From Escherichia phage adrianh, in sequence record MN850614.1: 64,000 bases of DNA; one strand, 5' to 3'. Positions 9,593 to 20,159 of this stretch are shown in pieces. The position numbers and the translations under genes are program-made. The notes beneath the pieces are model-generated. The model was given only the letters and a program-made list of their open reading frames with translations. It did no database searches and had not been told where the DNA came from. Position 1 is the first letter of the stretch; every line of letters begins with the position of its first letter.

Positions 9593-12293
9593 CCTTACCT
9601 GTGCCAGTTACAAGCGTCTCACTCTTCAAACCTAAATTCTTAGATGCCTGACCATACATCCAGTCAGTTATGGCTTTAACTTCTTGAGTCATACTTTCTG
9701 GGCACTCCCAACTGTTTTCATCGTGGTATGCCAGCAAAAGCCTAGCACCAATTGCTGGTTTTCGTCCATTTAATTTTGTCAACCCTTCTTCACATGCTCT
9801 TCTACAAGCAAGGTTAATTGCCTCGTTCTGAATCTGACTTTCCGAACCCATGAGCAAATAATTCAATAACTTATGTGGAGATTTACACCACAACCAAGCT
9901 CCAGCAACCTTTACAAAACCCCCTTTAGAGATTGCAGCAGTCTTACCAAACACCTCTTCAAGTGCCTTTTTAGTTGCTTTGTAGTCAGCTTCCAAGTCAT
10001 CTAACAGCTTCTTAATTTTAGGCAAACGAATAAAGTAGGTCTGTTTAGTCAGTGCACCTTCCTGAGTAGTTGCAGCTTTAATTGTCTTAGCAAACTTCTC
10101 ATCACCTGCACCGAACAGCAGTGCATAGATACCATTCTTAGCTTTCTTACGACCCTTGCTAATCTCATGGAGAAGGTTCTCATCCTGAGTAGCTCGACAA
10201 GTCAAGATATCCTGCTCATCATTCAAGCTAAAGTAAATACTGTTCAGTGTGTGTGCATCAGTCCCTGAATAGACAACGTAAAGGTCGTTCTCAGAGTCAT
10301 AGCGAAGGTACTTATCAATCTCTGGGTTGAGGTACTCATCAAAGTGTTTGCAGTAATAGCGTCCATCTTCTTGACGAATAAACTCAATCTCTTCTTTACC
10401 TTGCGTTACCGCTTTGGTGAAGTCTTTGTCACCCATAAAGTTACAAAGAAGAACTAGCTGGGCTGAGTTCATGTCTACAGAGACAACGTTAGTACCTTCT
10501 TCACAAATCCACACTGCCCTCATTGGTTCCCCATAGACAGCAGCACCAGACGGTACGTTTACAATACCATACTGTGTCATACGTCCAGTTGAAGTACCAA
10601 ATACCATTGCACCAGCACTAAGGCGACCATCAGGACGAATCTGGTTCAACCAACCTTTTTCATCATCCTTTGAGTTCTCAATAGTTCTGCGTCGGTGCAT
10701 CAAAGTATAGTACTTAGCAATCTTCTGTCCAAGTTCACCTTCAATCGTATCATAAGATGACTCAGTAAGCTTTGGTGAAGTACGGATTAAGCAAGGTTCA
10801 AGCAAATCTGTGTATTTCTTCACAGACCAATTATGCTCAATGTACTGTACACCTTCGTGCTCAACATAGCTCAAACCACACCGCTCAACCATTTCCTGCC
10901 ACTTAGGATGTTTTGTAATCATCTTTTTATTGTCTTTGAAACGACAAACTTTGACAGGGCGACCGTCTGAGTCTTTCTTGTAGTTCCAGTCATCTGGAAT
11001 CCAACCAACTGATTTCAAGTAGTCTTTAACAACTGCTACCTGAGTCATACGAGAAACTTCAAACTCAATTGGTGTATATGGTGCATCAATCAAACCTGTG
11101 TAGCGACTTGACTCAAGTTCAAAGTGGTTAACAACGTGGCTGTTATAGTACTTCACAGTTTTGACTGTTTTTACTGGCTTCCAGTCTTTGCATTTCTTAC
11201 CAATCTTTGCATTCAACTCATTGCAAATTGCACGAGCATCCTTCATTGCTACAAAACCTTCCTTGTACTCTTCACCAGTTACAGAGTTGGTTGGTGTATA
11301 GCAATTCCTTTTTTCAATGTTAAAAATCTTTGTAGTTGGCTTACCAAATGGTTTGATTTCATAAGTCTGCATCTCACCATTACGTACCTGCTGACGGTAC
11401 TTTGTCTTAGGGTACTTGGTAATTCTCTTCAGTCCATCTGCATGACCAAATGTTTCAACATACTCATTCCAAGCCCTTGCAAACTCTTCTCCAGTGACTT
11501 TACCTTTGGTCTTAATAGTTGGAGGAAGATGTGGTTCAACCTCTGAAGCAAGCTCATTAGTCAACTTGTCAAGTTCCTTTACATGGAACTCCATAAGCTC
11601 TTTATCAGCTTTCCAACCATTGATAGCTTGCTGGCTCATCCAGAAAGATGTCTCTTTAGCTCGCATGTAAGTCTCATAAGTGTCTATACCACACTTCTTA
11701 AGCTTGAGATACTCGTTATCAAGTGCCCGTTTAGTTTTGGCATTAATACGGATATCTTCTACAACACGAGTGAAGATTTCTGCATTCCACACACCCCAAT
11801 GTTCAATCTCTGGTTTACGGACACCAACACGAGCACCCCATGCAGCCAAACCATGAGCACCTTTATAACCCTTTGGGGTTGGCCTATCCATCCACTGAAC
11901 ACGAGACTGGATAAGAGAGTCCTGAAAGAAATTACTCCACGGTTTACACTTTGGATTATCAAAGTTCCATAAATCAGGTGCAATGTGATTGAAAACCCAC
12001 CAGTCATAACCGAGACCATTATGGATGCAAAGACGTTTTGCCTTTAACGCAAATTCAACACCTTCACGTAAACCACCTTTGATGTACTTAGTGTACTTGT
12101 GACCGAGGATAGGCTCATCTGTAAAGACCCATACAGGTGGCTCTTCATCGTCAGATTTATAGTCTGCAAAGGCCATTACGTGAACTTTAGTGAACTCAAG
12201 GAGTAAACCATCAGTTTCTGTATCACCAACCAAATGTAAGTTTTTAAAATCTACGTTTTCCATTTTTACTCCCTCTAAAATCATTAACCTCAT
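9564..12293 (-). CDS. DNA polymerase, family A, with 3'-5' exonuclease domain
   Basis: 909 aa; exo motif VGDTETDG; motif A-like SVDMNSAQLVLL; motif B RKKAKNGIYALLFGAG; motif C YHDE; uninterrupted. Confidence 0.85.
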   Translation of the reverse strand: MRLMILEGVKMENVDFKNLHLVGDTETDGLLLEFTKVHVMAFADYKSDDEEPPVWVFTDEPILGHKYTKYIKGGLREGVEFALKAKRLCIHNGLGYDWWVFNHIAPDLWNFDNPKCKPWSNFFQDSLIQSRVQWMDRPTPKGYKGAHGLAAWGARVGVRKPEIEHWGVWNAEIFTRVVEDIRINAKTKRALDNEYLKLKKCGIDTYETYMRAKETSFWMSQQAINGWKADKELMEFHVKELDKLTNELASEVEPHLPPTIKTKGKVTGEEFARAWNEYVETFGHADGLKRITKYPKTKYRQQVRNGEMQTYEIKPFGKPTTKIFNIEKRNCYTPTNSVTGEEYKEGFVAMKDARAICNELNAKIGKKCKDWKPVKTVKTVKYYNSHVVNHFELESSRYTGLIDAPYTPIEFEVSRMTQVAVVKDYLKSVGWIPDDWNYKKDSDGRPVKVCRFKDNKKMITKHPKWQEMVERCGLSYVEHEGVQYIEHNWSVKKYTDLLEPCLIRTSPKLTESSYDTIEGELGQKIAKYYTLMHRRRTIENSKDDEKGWLNQIRPDGRLSAGAMVFGTSTGRMTQYGIVNVPSGAAVYGEPMRAVWICEEGTNVVSVDMNSAQLVLLCNFMGDKDFTKAVTQGKEEIEFIRQEDGRYYCKHFDEYLNPEIDKYLRYDSENDLYVVYSGTDAHTLNSIYFSLNDEQDILTCRATQDENLLHEISKGRKKAKNGIYALLFGAGDEKFAKTIKAATTQEGALTKQTYFIRLPKIKKLLDDLEADYKATKKALEEVFGKTAAISKGGFVKVAGAWLWCKSPHKLLNYLLMGSESQIQNEAINLACRRACEEGLTKLNGRKPAIGARLLLAYHDENSWECPESMTQEVKAITDWMYGQASKNLGLKSETLVTGTGKVGKSWLEVH

Positions 12294-12323
12294 ACATTAC
12301 TGCAAAAAATTATAAAAAGCAAG

Positions 12324-12352
12324 TTGACAATGTACTTGACAAGGTGTTAATC
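12324..12352 (+). promoter_or_regulatory. Sigma70-like promoter in divergent intergenic region
   Basis: TTGACA, 17-nt spacer, TTAATC; contains the ACTTGACAAGGTG motif also present near 28085 and 58190. Confidence 0.45.
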
Positions 12353-12520
12353 TTTGCGAAGTGGGTTTTTACTTAAAAGGTTACTTAACAGTTTAACTAT
12401 ACAGATACTTTAAAACTCTTAAAAGATTATTTAATAGCTTTTAAAAAGCTTTAAAGTATAACGTATAGAATACGTTAAGATAAAAGATTAAAACTTAATA
12501 GTTACTTAAAAGAGGCTTAC

Positions 12521-12943
12521 ATGCAGAAAATGTTTGTTCACCCAGACATAGCTGACTTTGTTAGAGCTTTGCAGAAGTTGGAAGAACTTGACATTGCTGC
12601 TCAACGGGAATATGCTCACCATCACAGGAGAATGGTTGATATACAACATGAAATAGAGTTATCTGAAAACTATGAAGATGACTTAAAATGCTCTGTGTTT
12701 GAGCATATGAAAGATGTTGCTACAGCGAGACGTAAAGCTAAAGACACAGTTGCTTTACTAGATTCTCTTAAAAAGAGGTTGCAAAGTGGTACAGACCTGT
12801 GTAATCTAGCGTCACTGATTAACGATGTTGAAACTTCTTGGGATAGGCACTATTATCCACGTTCTGAAAAGACACTTGACTTTTCTTCATCCGAAAACTT
12901 AAAATGTTCTAGAAAGAAACTTAACCAACTGAGAGAGAAATAA
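12521..12943 (+). CDS. Hypothetical protein
   Basis: 140 aa ORF, first gene of the plus-strand block. Confidence 0.5.
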   Translation: MQKMFVHPDIADFVRALQKLEELDIAAQREYAHHHRRMVDIQHEIELSENYEDDLKCSVFEHMKDVATARRKAKDTVALLDSLKKRLQSGTDLCNLASLINDVETSWDRHYYPRSEKTLDFSSSENLKCSRKKLNQLREK

Positions 12944-12944
12944 T

Positions 12945-13745
12945 ATGAATACCGATGTAGAAAAGATGCTTGAAGAAAAAGGTATTGACGAAGCATTTTT
13001 AATCAATGCCGTAGAAAGCATGGCTATGATTCTTCGTGGTAATAACTACACAGAACAGTTTATGCCTGCAAGCTATAACTTGCCTAAAGACAAGTCTGAT
13101 AACGGTGCTTTTGCAGAACAGGTTAATATGATGTTGACAGACACTACACTTGCTCTGGCATCTATTGCGGTTGGTGTTGATGCACTTGCTGAGTTCATTT
13201 TTTATGAAATGCAAAAGAATGACTATATCAGAATGTCAGATGAAGATAAGGAGTTGTTGCTGACTAAGGACACTGATTTCATTATTGATATGCTTATCTC
13301 ATCAACGAGTGCTGTTATGGCTGTTCTTGAGAAGCGCATGGAAGAGAAACTTTCACGATATGAAAAACTTGATTGGGGCGTAGAAGAATTAAACCCACGA
13401 ATCAAAGAGATTATCCAGCAAACTAAAGAGTCTTTGGAAGAAGCTGTTGAGAATGACTCTGTAGCTGACATCGAACCACTTCAGGTGAAAGTTGCACTGA
13501 TGATTCCAGCTATCTCTACGATGATGAATATCGTTGCACTAATCCAACTTTCACAGATGATGGGTATGAGTATTGAGTTCATTGAGGAGATGACTGGTGG
13601 TGTCAGTCTGCAAGCAATCAATGATGTTTTGGTGAACATTGGTGCTTCAATCATTGAAGAGAAACTACGCATTAACTTTGGTGATGATTTTGTGAAGCAA
13701 ATCTCAGCTATGGCTGAAAAAGAGTCTGCTGAGCAACTGCACTAA
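12945..13745 (+). CDS. Hypothetical protein
   Basis: 266 aa ORF. Confidence 0.55.
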   Translation: MNTDVEKMLEEKGIDEAFLINAVESMAMILRGNNYTEQFMPASYNLPKDKSDNGAFAEQVNMMLTDTTLALASIAVGVDALAEFIFYEMQKNDYIRMSDEDKELLLTKDTDFIIDMLISSTSAVMAVLEKRMEEKLSRYEKLDWGVEELNPRIKEIIQQTKESLEEAVENDSVADIEPLQVKVALMIPAISTMMNIVALIQLSQMMGMSIEFIEEMTGGVSLQAINDVLVNIGASIIEEKLRINFGDDFVKQISAMAEKESAEQLH

Positions 13746-13763
13746 ATCTTTATAAATCTTAAA

Positions 13764-13788
13764 AGCCTCCTTAGTTGGGGGCTTTTTA
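13764..13788 (+). terminator. Rho-independent terminator
   Basis: AGCCTCC / GGGGGCT hairpin followed by TTTTT. Confidence 0.6.
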
Positions 13789-13806
13789 GTAATTAAGGGA
13801 GATAAA

Positions 13807-14550
13807 ATGAGTAATATTATCGCATTTACTGGAAAGGCACGTTCTGGAAAAGACACCTCATGTTCTATTGTGAAGAACATCTTAGAGGATGAGTACGGCT
13901 ACAATGTTGCTGTAATGGCCTTTGCAGACAACCTTAAACTGTCTGCATCAAAGATATTTGACCTGACTTGGAATGACCTGTATGGTGAAACTAAAGAGAC
14001 TCCACAGGTATTTGACTTATCATATCCTGAACTGATGTTTAAAGTTACGGAAGCTATGGAGTTCACCTTCAGAGATGAACGTTACCATATGGACTTCAAG
14101 CTTATGTCAGAGTTAACCGGACGATTAATCATGGAGCTTAAGAAGGTTGCTAAACCGACTCTATTGACACGTCTGGGGTTTAGCAAAAAGTATAAATTCT
14201 CATCAAGACAAATTCAACAGGTTTGGGGCACTGAAGTTGTCCGTAAAGTAATGGGCGACAAGTTCTGGTCTAAAGACCTTGAAAAAAGAATGGTTAGATT
14301 CCATGAAATGTGCTCACTTAGAAATCAATATGGTTTTGTATTAATCAGTGATTTAAGATTTGACTCTGAAGCTGAATGGCTGAGTAGATTTGCACACCAA
14401 ACTATTGAAGTAAAAAGAGACAATGTGGACAAAGTTTCATCACATGTTTCAGAAAATGGGATTTCTACAAAATATGAGCGTGACATTATTCATAATAATG
14501 GTACTCTTGCAGACCTTGAGAACAAGCTAAGAGCCATCATTAAAGTTTAA
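13807..14550 (+). CDS. Deoxynucleoside monophosphate kinase
   Basis: 247 aa; N-terminal P-loop IIAFTGKARSGKDT resembling phage dNMP kinases. Confidence 0.6.
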   Translation: MSNIIAFTGKARSGKDTSCSIVKNILEDEYGYNVAVMAFADNLKLSASKIFDLTWNDLYGETKETPQVFDLSYPELMFKVTEAMEFTFRDERYHMDFKLMSELTGRLIMELKKVAKPTLLTRLGFSKKYKFSSRQIQQVWGTEVVRKVMGDKFWSKDLEKRMVRFHEMCSLRNQYGFVLISDLRFDSEAEWLSRFAHQTIEVKRDNVDKVSSHVSENGISTKYERDIIHNNGTLADLENKLRAIIKV

Positions 14551-14558
14551 AAGAGAGA

Positions 14559-14759
14559 ATGAAGATGAGAGTAAAAGACAATTTTAAAGTTATTGACCAC
14601 CGTTTAGTGGAACTCTCATCTCTTTCCAATGAGGTAATGATTGAACGTCTTAAGAGAGTTGAATCACGAAGGAAAGAGATTGCAGATGAAATTCATGAAC
14701 TGGACAAGATTGAAAATGGATTGAAGGCAGAACTACAACGAAGAGGTGCTAATGTCTAA
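14559..14759 (+). CDS. Hypothetical small protein
   Basis: 66 aa ORF. Confidence 0.4.
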   Translation: MKMRVKDNFKVIDHRLVELSSLSNEVMIERLKRVESRRKEIADEIHELDKIENGLKAELQRRGANV

Positions 14760-16737
14760 AGGTCGTAAATTGAAAGAGGCTGGTCAGTTTGTTGGTCATT
14801 GTGCATGTCCACGTTGTGGTTCATCAGATGCTGGTTCAATCTATCATCATGACGATGATTCTTATTCGATGACTTGCTTTAGTTGTAAGAAAGGTTTCCC
14901 AGAGTGGGATTTTGATAAAGGACAAATCGTGAGCACTTATTCTACTGGTTCAGACAATAAAAACCGTACTTTCCGTGGAATGGATTTAGACGATGTAAAA
15001 GAAAACCTAGAAGCAATGGACTTGAAAGACAGGAAGATTCCTGCAAAAGTTCTTGAGCGTTTGGGTATTAAGGTTGACATTGACAGTGATGGTGAAATTG
15101 ACGCACATTTCTACCCAACTTACAAACGTAATGAAGATGGTAAGCTAGAACATGTTGGCTACCGTGTTCGTCACCGTTACCCAGAAGACCATCCAAAAGA
15201 GCACCTACGTGGTAAGCTAAAAGACTTTTCTGGTGGTGTTGGAGACATTAAAGGTGAACTGGCAATGTTTGGTTCATGGATTGCTCCAGAAGGTGGTAAC
15301 CGTCTATTCATCTGGGAAGGTGAGATGGAATGTGCGACAGCAATCTACATGACCTCTTTGGCGATTAAAGATAAGTCTCGTCGTAAGAATTACTGTCACG
15401 TATCTGTCCCATCAGGTGCAAACATTAAGTCTATCAAAGACAACTATCAGTACATCACATCATTTGATGAGATTTACTTGTGCTTTGATAACGATGAAGC
15501 AGGTGCTAAAGCTACCAAAGAGGCTGCTGGCATTCTCCCTATCGAGAAGGTTCGTTTATTCCAGTATCCAGAAGGTGTAAAAGACCTTAACGAATGGTGG
15601 ACAAAGTTCTATAAAGAGAAAGATACAGTTCTGGAAGGATTTAAGCAGCGTATCTACAATGCACCTCGTTACTGTCCTGCTGGTATCAAGAACTTCGCAG
15701 ATGGTTTTGAGGCAATGAAGAATCGTGGTCAGATTCCATTGATTCCTTTCCCAGAATCATTCGGAGATTTGAACAGACTGACTTATGGTGGTTATGGACT
15801 AGGTGAGATTACAACTCTGGCAGCACCATCTTCAGTGGGTAAATCAGCATACACTCGTGAAATGATTTACACAGCTTGGAAAGAAACCGATTACAATATT
15901 GGTGTAATTCCTGTAGAAGATACCTATGAAGAGTTGATGGAGATGCTCTGTGCAATCCACCTGAGCAAGCAGATTTCTGAGATTCCTTATGACGAACGTG
16001 ATTGGGATGAATTGAAGGGAGCGCACGCAGAACTATCTAAAGGTCGTCGTATCCACATCGTAGACCATCAAGGGGCAATTGACCAAGATAACTTACTGGA
16101 GTTTGTTGACTATCTTGTTAATAGCTTAGACTGTAAGATTATTATTCTTGACCCTATTACGTTGGCTCTGTCACGTTCAGATACGGATGAAGAGGAAGTT
16201 TTGTCTGAGCTATTGCGTCGTTGCAAACGCTACCAGTATGCACAATTGAACGTCTGTCACGTTCGTAAGAGTGCAGGTGGTCAGAAGGCTAACTCTGAAG
16301 GTGGGGATATCTCTGAAGAGGATATTAAAGGCTCTGGTGCGTATTTCCAGATTTCTATGAACAACATTCTGTTAATGCGTAACAAGGTTGACCCAGACCC
16401 TGTTAAGAAAAACTTGACAAAAATCAAGCTAACTAAATGTCGTCGTCACGGTAAGTCAACGGGTATTGCTGGTCATACTTGGTACAATCCAGATACAGGA
16501 CGCCTCATCAAAGCATCTGGTTGCGGAGTTGACATTGATGGTGCAGCAGAAAATATTCGCCAACAGTTTGGTATTGGTGAAGCTGAAGACCATTACGATG
16601 ACTCTTTGCCACATTATGAGGATGAAGTGTTTGACCGTGAGACTGGTGAAGTCTATACTGAAGAGCAGCGCCAAAGCTCAACGATTCCACCTGTATTAAG
16701 TGAGGATGCAGATGACTGCCCATTCGAAACTGAGTGA
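14746..16737 (+). CDS. Primase-helicase (zinc finger, TOPRIM, DnaB-like helicase)
   Basis: 663 aa; N-terminal zinc ribbon CPRCGSSDAG ... CFSCKKGF; Walker A GKS in the C-terminal half. Confidence 0.8.
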   Translation: MLMSKGRKLKEAGQFVGHCACPRCGSSDAGSIYHHDDDSYSMTCFSCKKGFPEWDFDKGQIVSTYSTGSDNKNRTFRGMDLDDVKENLEAMDLKDRKIPAKVLERLGIKVDIDSDGEIDAHFYPTYKRNEDGKLEHVGYRVRHRYPEDHPKEHLRGKLKDFSGGVGDIKGELAMFGSWIAPEGGNRLFIWEGEMECATAIYMTSLAIKDKSRRKNYCHVSVPSGANIKSIKDNYQYITSFDEIYLCFDNDEAGAKATKEAAGILPIEKVRLFQYPEGVKDLNEWWTKFYKEKDTVLEGFKQRIYNAPRYCPAGIKNFADGFEAMKNRGQIPLIPFPESFGDLNRLTYGGYGLGEITTLAAPSSVGKSAYTREMIYTAWKETDYNIGVIPVEDTYEELMEMLCAIHLSKQISEIPYDERDWDELKGAHAELSKGRRIHIVDHQGAIDQDNLLEFVDYLVNSLDCKIIILDPITLALSRSDTDEEEVLSELLRRCKRYQYAQLNVCHVRKSAGGQKANSEGGDISEEDIKGSGAYFQISMNNILLMRNKVDPDPVKKNLTKIKLTKCRRHGKSTGIAGHTWYNPDTGRLIKASGCGVDIDGAAENIRQQFGIGEAEDHYDDSLPHYEDEVFDRETGEVYTEEQRQSSTIPPVLSEDADDCPFETE

Positions 16738-16993
16738 TAGTTATAAAAGAGAGGGGTTCACACCCTTCTTTGAAGAAAAAAGTTTAAATAAATTTCAGGA
16801 AGAGTGTTTGACAAAGATTGATAGATTCTATAGAATGCTCCTCATGAAATGCGATGGAGAGGTTGAGATAAAAGAAGATTTTCACCAGAGCATGATTACA
16901 GTCATCATTGCGCTGCCTCAGCATAATATTAGTTGGCTGTTTATAATTAAAGAAAATGTGTTTGAATATCAAGTATATCGGAGAATATCATGA
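16712..16993 (+). CDS. Hypothetical protein
   Basis: ORF overlapping the helicase 3' end; ATG at 16712 has GAGGA upstream; weak. Confidence 0.3.
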   Translation: MTAHSKLSDSYKREGFTPFFEEKSLNKFQEECLTKIDRFYRMLLMKCDGEVEIKEDFHQSMITVIIALPQHNISWLFIIKENVFEYQVYRRIS

Positions 16994-17139
16994 AACACTC
17001 TAAAGCATTTGAAAAAGTTTTTGGGGATTCCTTAAAAGCCACTGCTGGAAAACCAGCAAAATACTATGAAGAAAAACGTGTAAGAACTGGAAAAACTGCA
17101 CGTAAAGCAGCTTCTAAAGATAAGCACAACTTCCAGTAA
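16990..17139 (+). CDS. Small basic protein (49 aa), not in the ORF track
   Basis: ATG at 16990 with GGAG upstream; 49 Lys-rich codons; below the 60-aa cutoff. Confidence 0.3.
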   Translation: MKHSKAFEKVFGDSLKATAGKPAKYYEEKRVRTGKTARKAASKDKHNFQ

Positions 17140-17211
17140 TTAGTATTTGACAATAGAGTATCAACAAATTAGAATTGGTACTCTTCATAAATTGAGATAG
17201 AGGTCTAAATA

Positions 17212-18069
17212 ATGTCTAAAGTTGTTAAAATGAAAGCTCCGGTAGAGAAGTACAACGGTACTGAACGTCAAACTCTGCGTTACCTGCTGAAAGATGTCTG
17301 GTTTTATTACCTGAACACTTCACCACGTCCGGGAAAAGGTAAGTCTATTGATAAAAAATTCCCAGGAAAAGATTGTAACTACAGCGTATCAATTCTGGCA
17401 GAAGACGGTAACAAGCTCTTTAAAGAGTTTACTAAGTCTAAGAAAAATCCAGAAGGCTGGGATAAAGTTACTACTGAAGCAGTTGACGCAGATGACTTTG
17501 AAGAGAAGTTTGGTTGTAAGCCACCTTTTGAAGCAGACACTTACTACATCTTGAAAGTAAGTCGTGCAGCAGCTTATAAAGATGGTGCTGTATGGACAGC
17601 TAAACAGTCATTCCCTGTAATGCTGATTGAAGAAGTAAATGGTAAGCGTGTAGCTGTTAAGCAGCCGATGAAGAAAATCAAAGCTCAAGCATCTGATAAA
17701 CATGAAGATGACAAGAACTATGATGTAATTCATCCAGATATCGCAGTTGGTAATGGTTCTTTTGGTAGTGTGATTCTTTCTACTCACTTCTACACTTTTG
17801 AGAACAATGTTCTGACAAAACCTATTCAGGAACAGTTTATCATTGATACTCTTGTACCTTACACTGGTGGTAACGGTGCTAATGGTGAACCTGAACTTGA
17901 TGAAGATGAACTGGCTATGCTTGGTCTTGATGGTGTTGAAGATAACGGTGAAATCACTGAAGAAGACGCAACAGACCATAAACCTTCGAATGCTTCTGAT
18001 GATGGTGATGATGAAGATTTGCCAGACCCAGATGACGAAGAAGATGAAGACTTCGATACAGAAGATTAA
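17212..18069 (+). CDS. Putative ssDNA-binding protein with acidic C-terminal tail
   Basis: 285 aa; C-terminus is a long Asp/Glu run ending DEDFDTED, as in phage SSBs; position between helicase and nuclease. Confidence 0.4.
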   Translation: MSKVVKMKAPVEKYNGTERQTLRYLLKDVWFYYLNTSPRPGKGKSIDKKFPGKDCNYSVSILAEDGNKLFKEFTKSKKNPEGWDKVTTEAVDADDFEEKFGCKPPFEADTYYILKVSRAAAYKDGAVWTAKQSFPVMLIEEVNGKRVAVKQPMKKIKAQASDKHEDDKNYDVIHPDIAVGNGSFGSVILSTHFYTFENNVLTKPIQEQFIIDTLVPYTGGNGANGEPELDEDELAMLGLDGVEDNGEITEEDATDHKPSNASDDGDDEDLPDPDDEEDEDFDTED

Positions 18070-18087
18070 TCTCTAAAAGTTACTTTA

Positions 18088-18116
18088 AAGCCCTGTACTC
18101 AGTATGGGGCTTTTTC
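18088..18116 (+). terminator. Rho-independent terminator
   Basis: GCCC ... GGGGC hairpin followed by TTTTT. Confidence 0.55.
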
Positions 18117-18131
18117 ATATGGAGAGCCATA

Positions 18132-19178
18132 ATGGAGAAGTACACATTAACAAAACTTCCCGATTCAGTTACACATGTCTTTATTGACTCTGACAGTATT
18201 GCCTATAAAGGTGCTTGTGTAGTTGAGAAAGCAAAGTATAAATATGTCAATAAACTCACAGCAGAAGAGTCTGAGCCATTTGATAATGCGAAAGATGCCG
18301 CAAGATGGTTAGCAGACCAGAGAATCTTTGTGGAAGAGCTTGGTCTGACATTTGATGAAGATGAATGGGAAAGACAGACTTGGAAAGAAGCTAAGAGTGA
18401 AAAAGAAGCTATCATGGCTACTCAACAGGTTCTTCAGGAATGGCTTAAGGTTGTTGGTAAAGATAGAACTTGGGTGGGTTATTTAACAGAGAAAGGTGTG
18501 CATAAACATAAAGACATTAAAGGTCTTGAGCACCAATATCAAGGCAACCGTAAAGATGCTGTCACACCAACACACTTAGTTGCTTGTCGCGAGTATCTTC
18601 TGTCAAGGCCAGAGTTCAAGCTAATTCTTGATGGATTCGAAGCTGACTCTATCGTTATTGCTAAAGCTGAAAAGATGGGTAAAAAGGCTGCCTTGATGAG
18701 TATTGATAAAGACCTTCGCCAAGCTGAAGGGACTTACTGCATTGATATGACCTATGAAAAGTCACCTTTGATTTTCATTGCTGATAACAACGTTGGTGAA
18801 ATTTGGGATTGCCCAATAAAATCGACACCCAAAGCTAAGAAGACAGTTGGGGTAGGTTTTAAATTTCTTTGCTATCAAGCCGTGGCTGGTGATAATGCGG
18901 ATAATTATTTCGGTTTAAAGGGTGTTGGTAAGGTTACTATAATGAAAGCCCTTGAAGGTAAAACCACTTACAAAGAGTGTCTTGATGCAATTTATGAGCT
19001 TTATGCTAAGAAAGAGTCATACACTTATGTCTCGTGGGATGGTCAAACAATTACCAGAACACCTTTAGAGTTAATGCAGCAACACTTTTTCTTAGCTTAT
19101 CAGGAAAGAAATAAGAAAGACGATTTCACTTTTGATAAGTATGGATGGACACCAAATGTTAACCCAACAAACTCTTAA
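18132..19178 (+). CDS. 5'-3' exonuclease / flap endonuclease
   Basis: 348 aa; helix-hairpin-helix segment AGDNADNYFGLKGVGKVT typical of FEN/RNase H family. Confidence 0.6.
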   Translation: MEKYTLTKLPDSVTHVFIDSDSIAYKGACVVEKAKYKYVNKLTAEESEPFDNAKDAARWLADQRIFVEELGLTFDEDEWERQTWKEAKSEKEAIMATQQVLQEWLKVVGKDRTWVGYLTEKGVHKHKDIKGLEHQYQGNRKDAVTPTHLVACREYLLSRPEFKLILDGFEADSIVIAKAEKMGKKAALMSIDKDLRQAEGTYCIDMTYEKSPLIFIADNNVGEIWDCPIKSTPKAKKTVGVGFKFLCYQAVAGDNADNYFGLKGVGKVTIMKALEGKTTYKECLDAIYELYAKKESYTYVSWDGQTITRTPLELMQQHFFLAYQERNKKDDFTFDKYGWTPNVNPTNS

Positions 19179-19656
19179 AGAATACCTGCACTATGACCCC
19201 GAAACAGGGGTCTTTACTTGGTTAGTTAATAGAAAAGGTAAGGCCAAAGCTGGCTCAGTAGCGGGTCTTAAACATCATAGTGGTTATATCTACATAAAAC
19301 TCTTCGGGAAAAGATATGCAGCACACAGACTGGCATTCTTGTATATGAAAGGATACCTACCAAAATTTGTTGACCATAAGAATGGTATCAGGCACGACAA
19401 CTGGTTCGACAATTTGAGAGAGTGTAGCAGGTCAGATAATAACTGTAATGCAGCCAAAAGAAGAGATAATAAATCTGGTGTGAAGGGTGTATATTACCAT
19501 AAGCAAAGAGGTAGATGGGCTGCACAAGTCAAGCATAATAAAGTTTGCTATCATCTAGGTTTATTTGACTCTATCGCTGAGGCTGAATTAGTTGTCAAAA
19601 AGAAAAGAGAAGAACTCCATAAAGAGTTTACAAATCACGGAGAAGCTTATGAATGA
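19132..19656 (+). mobile_element. HNH homing endonuclease gene (174 aa)
   Basis: N-terminal YDPETGVFTWL segment shared with the ORF at 9041; HNH-like FVDHKNGIRHDNWFDNLRECSRSDNNCN. Confidence 0.65.
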
Positions 19657-20153
19657 GAAAAATAAAAGGTTTTGGCAATTGTCCTGAATATGGACATTGG
19701 GTTTCACTATGTGGTGAAGTTGACCCAGCAAAGCACTTTGGTTTTGTCTACCTAGTGTACTGCAAAAAGACTGGACAGTACTATTTGGGTAAGAAGCAGC
19801 TTAACAGTGTGACCAAAAGAAAAGTTGCTGGGAAGACTCGGAAGAAGGTAGTCACTAAGGAGAGTGATTGGATGACTTACGAGACTTCTTCTGAGTATAT
19901 TAAAAAAGATATTGATAGCTTTGGAAAAGAATTTTTTGACTTTTACATTATTCAAACCTACTACACAAAAGGTGGCCTAGTCTATGGTGAAGCAAACCTT
20001 CAACATAAATTCGATGTAATGACAAAAAGGATTGACTCGAAGCTCAGACTCTTCTACAATGCCAATATTGCAGCAATTAAGTTTATTACTAAAGAAACTT
20101 ATGAAGATGCTGAAAAAAGAATCCATAAGGTAATGAAAGCAAATTGTGCTTGA
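19653..20153 (+). mobile_element. GIY-YIG-like endonuclease gene (166 aa)
   Basis: FVYLVYCKKTGQYYLGKK matches the GIY...YIG spacing. Confidence 0.4.
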
Positions 20154-20159
20154 TAACTA

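Noticed and set aside
11124-12019. Three ORFs on the plus strand inside the DNA polymerase gene
   Set aside because: They are antisense to a polymerase reading frame with clear conserved motifs and have Leu/Ser/Cys-rich antisense-type composition.
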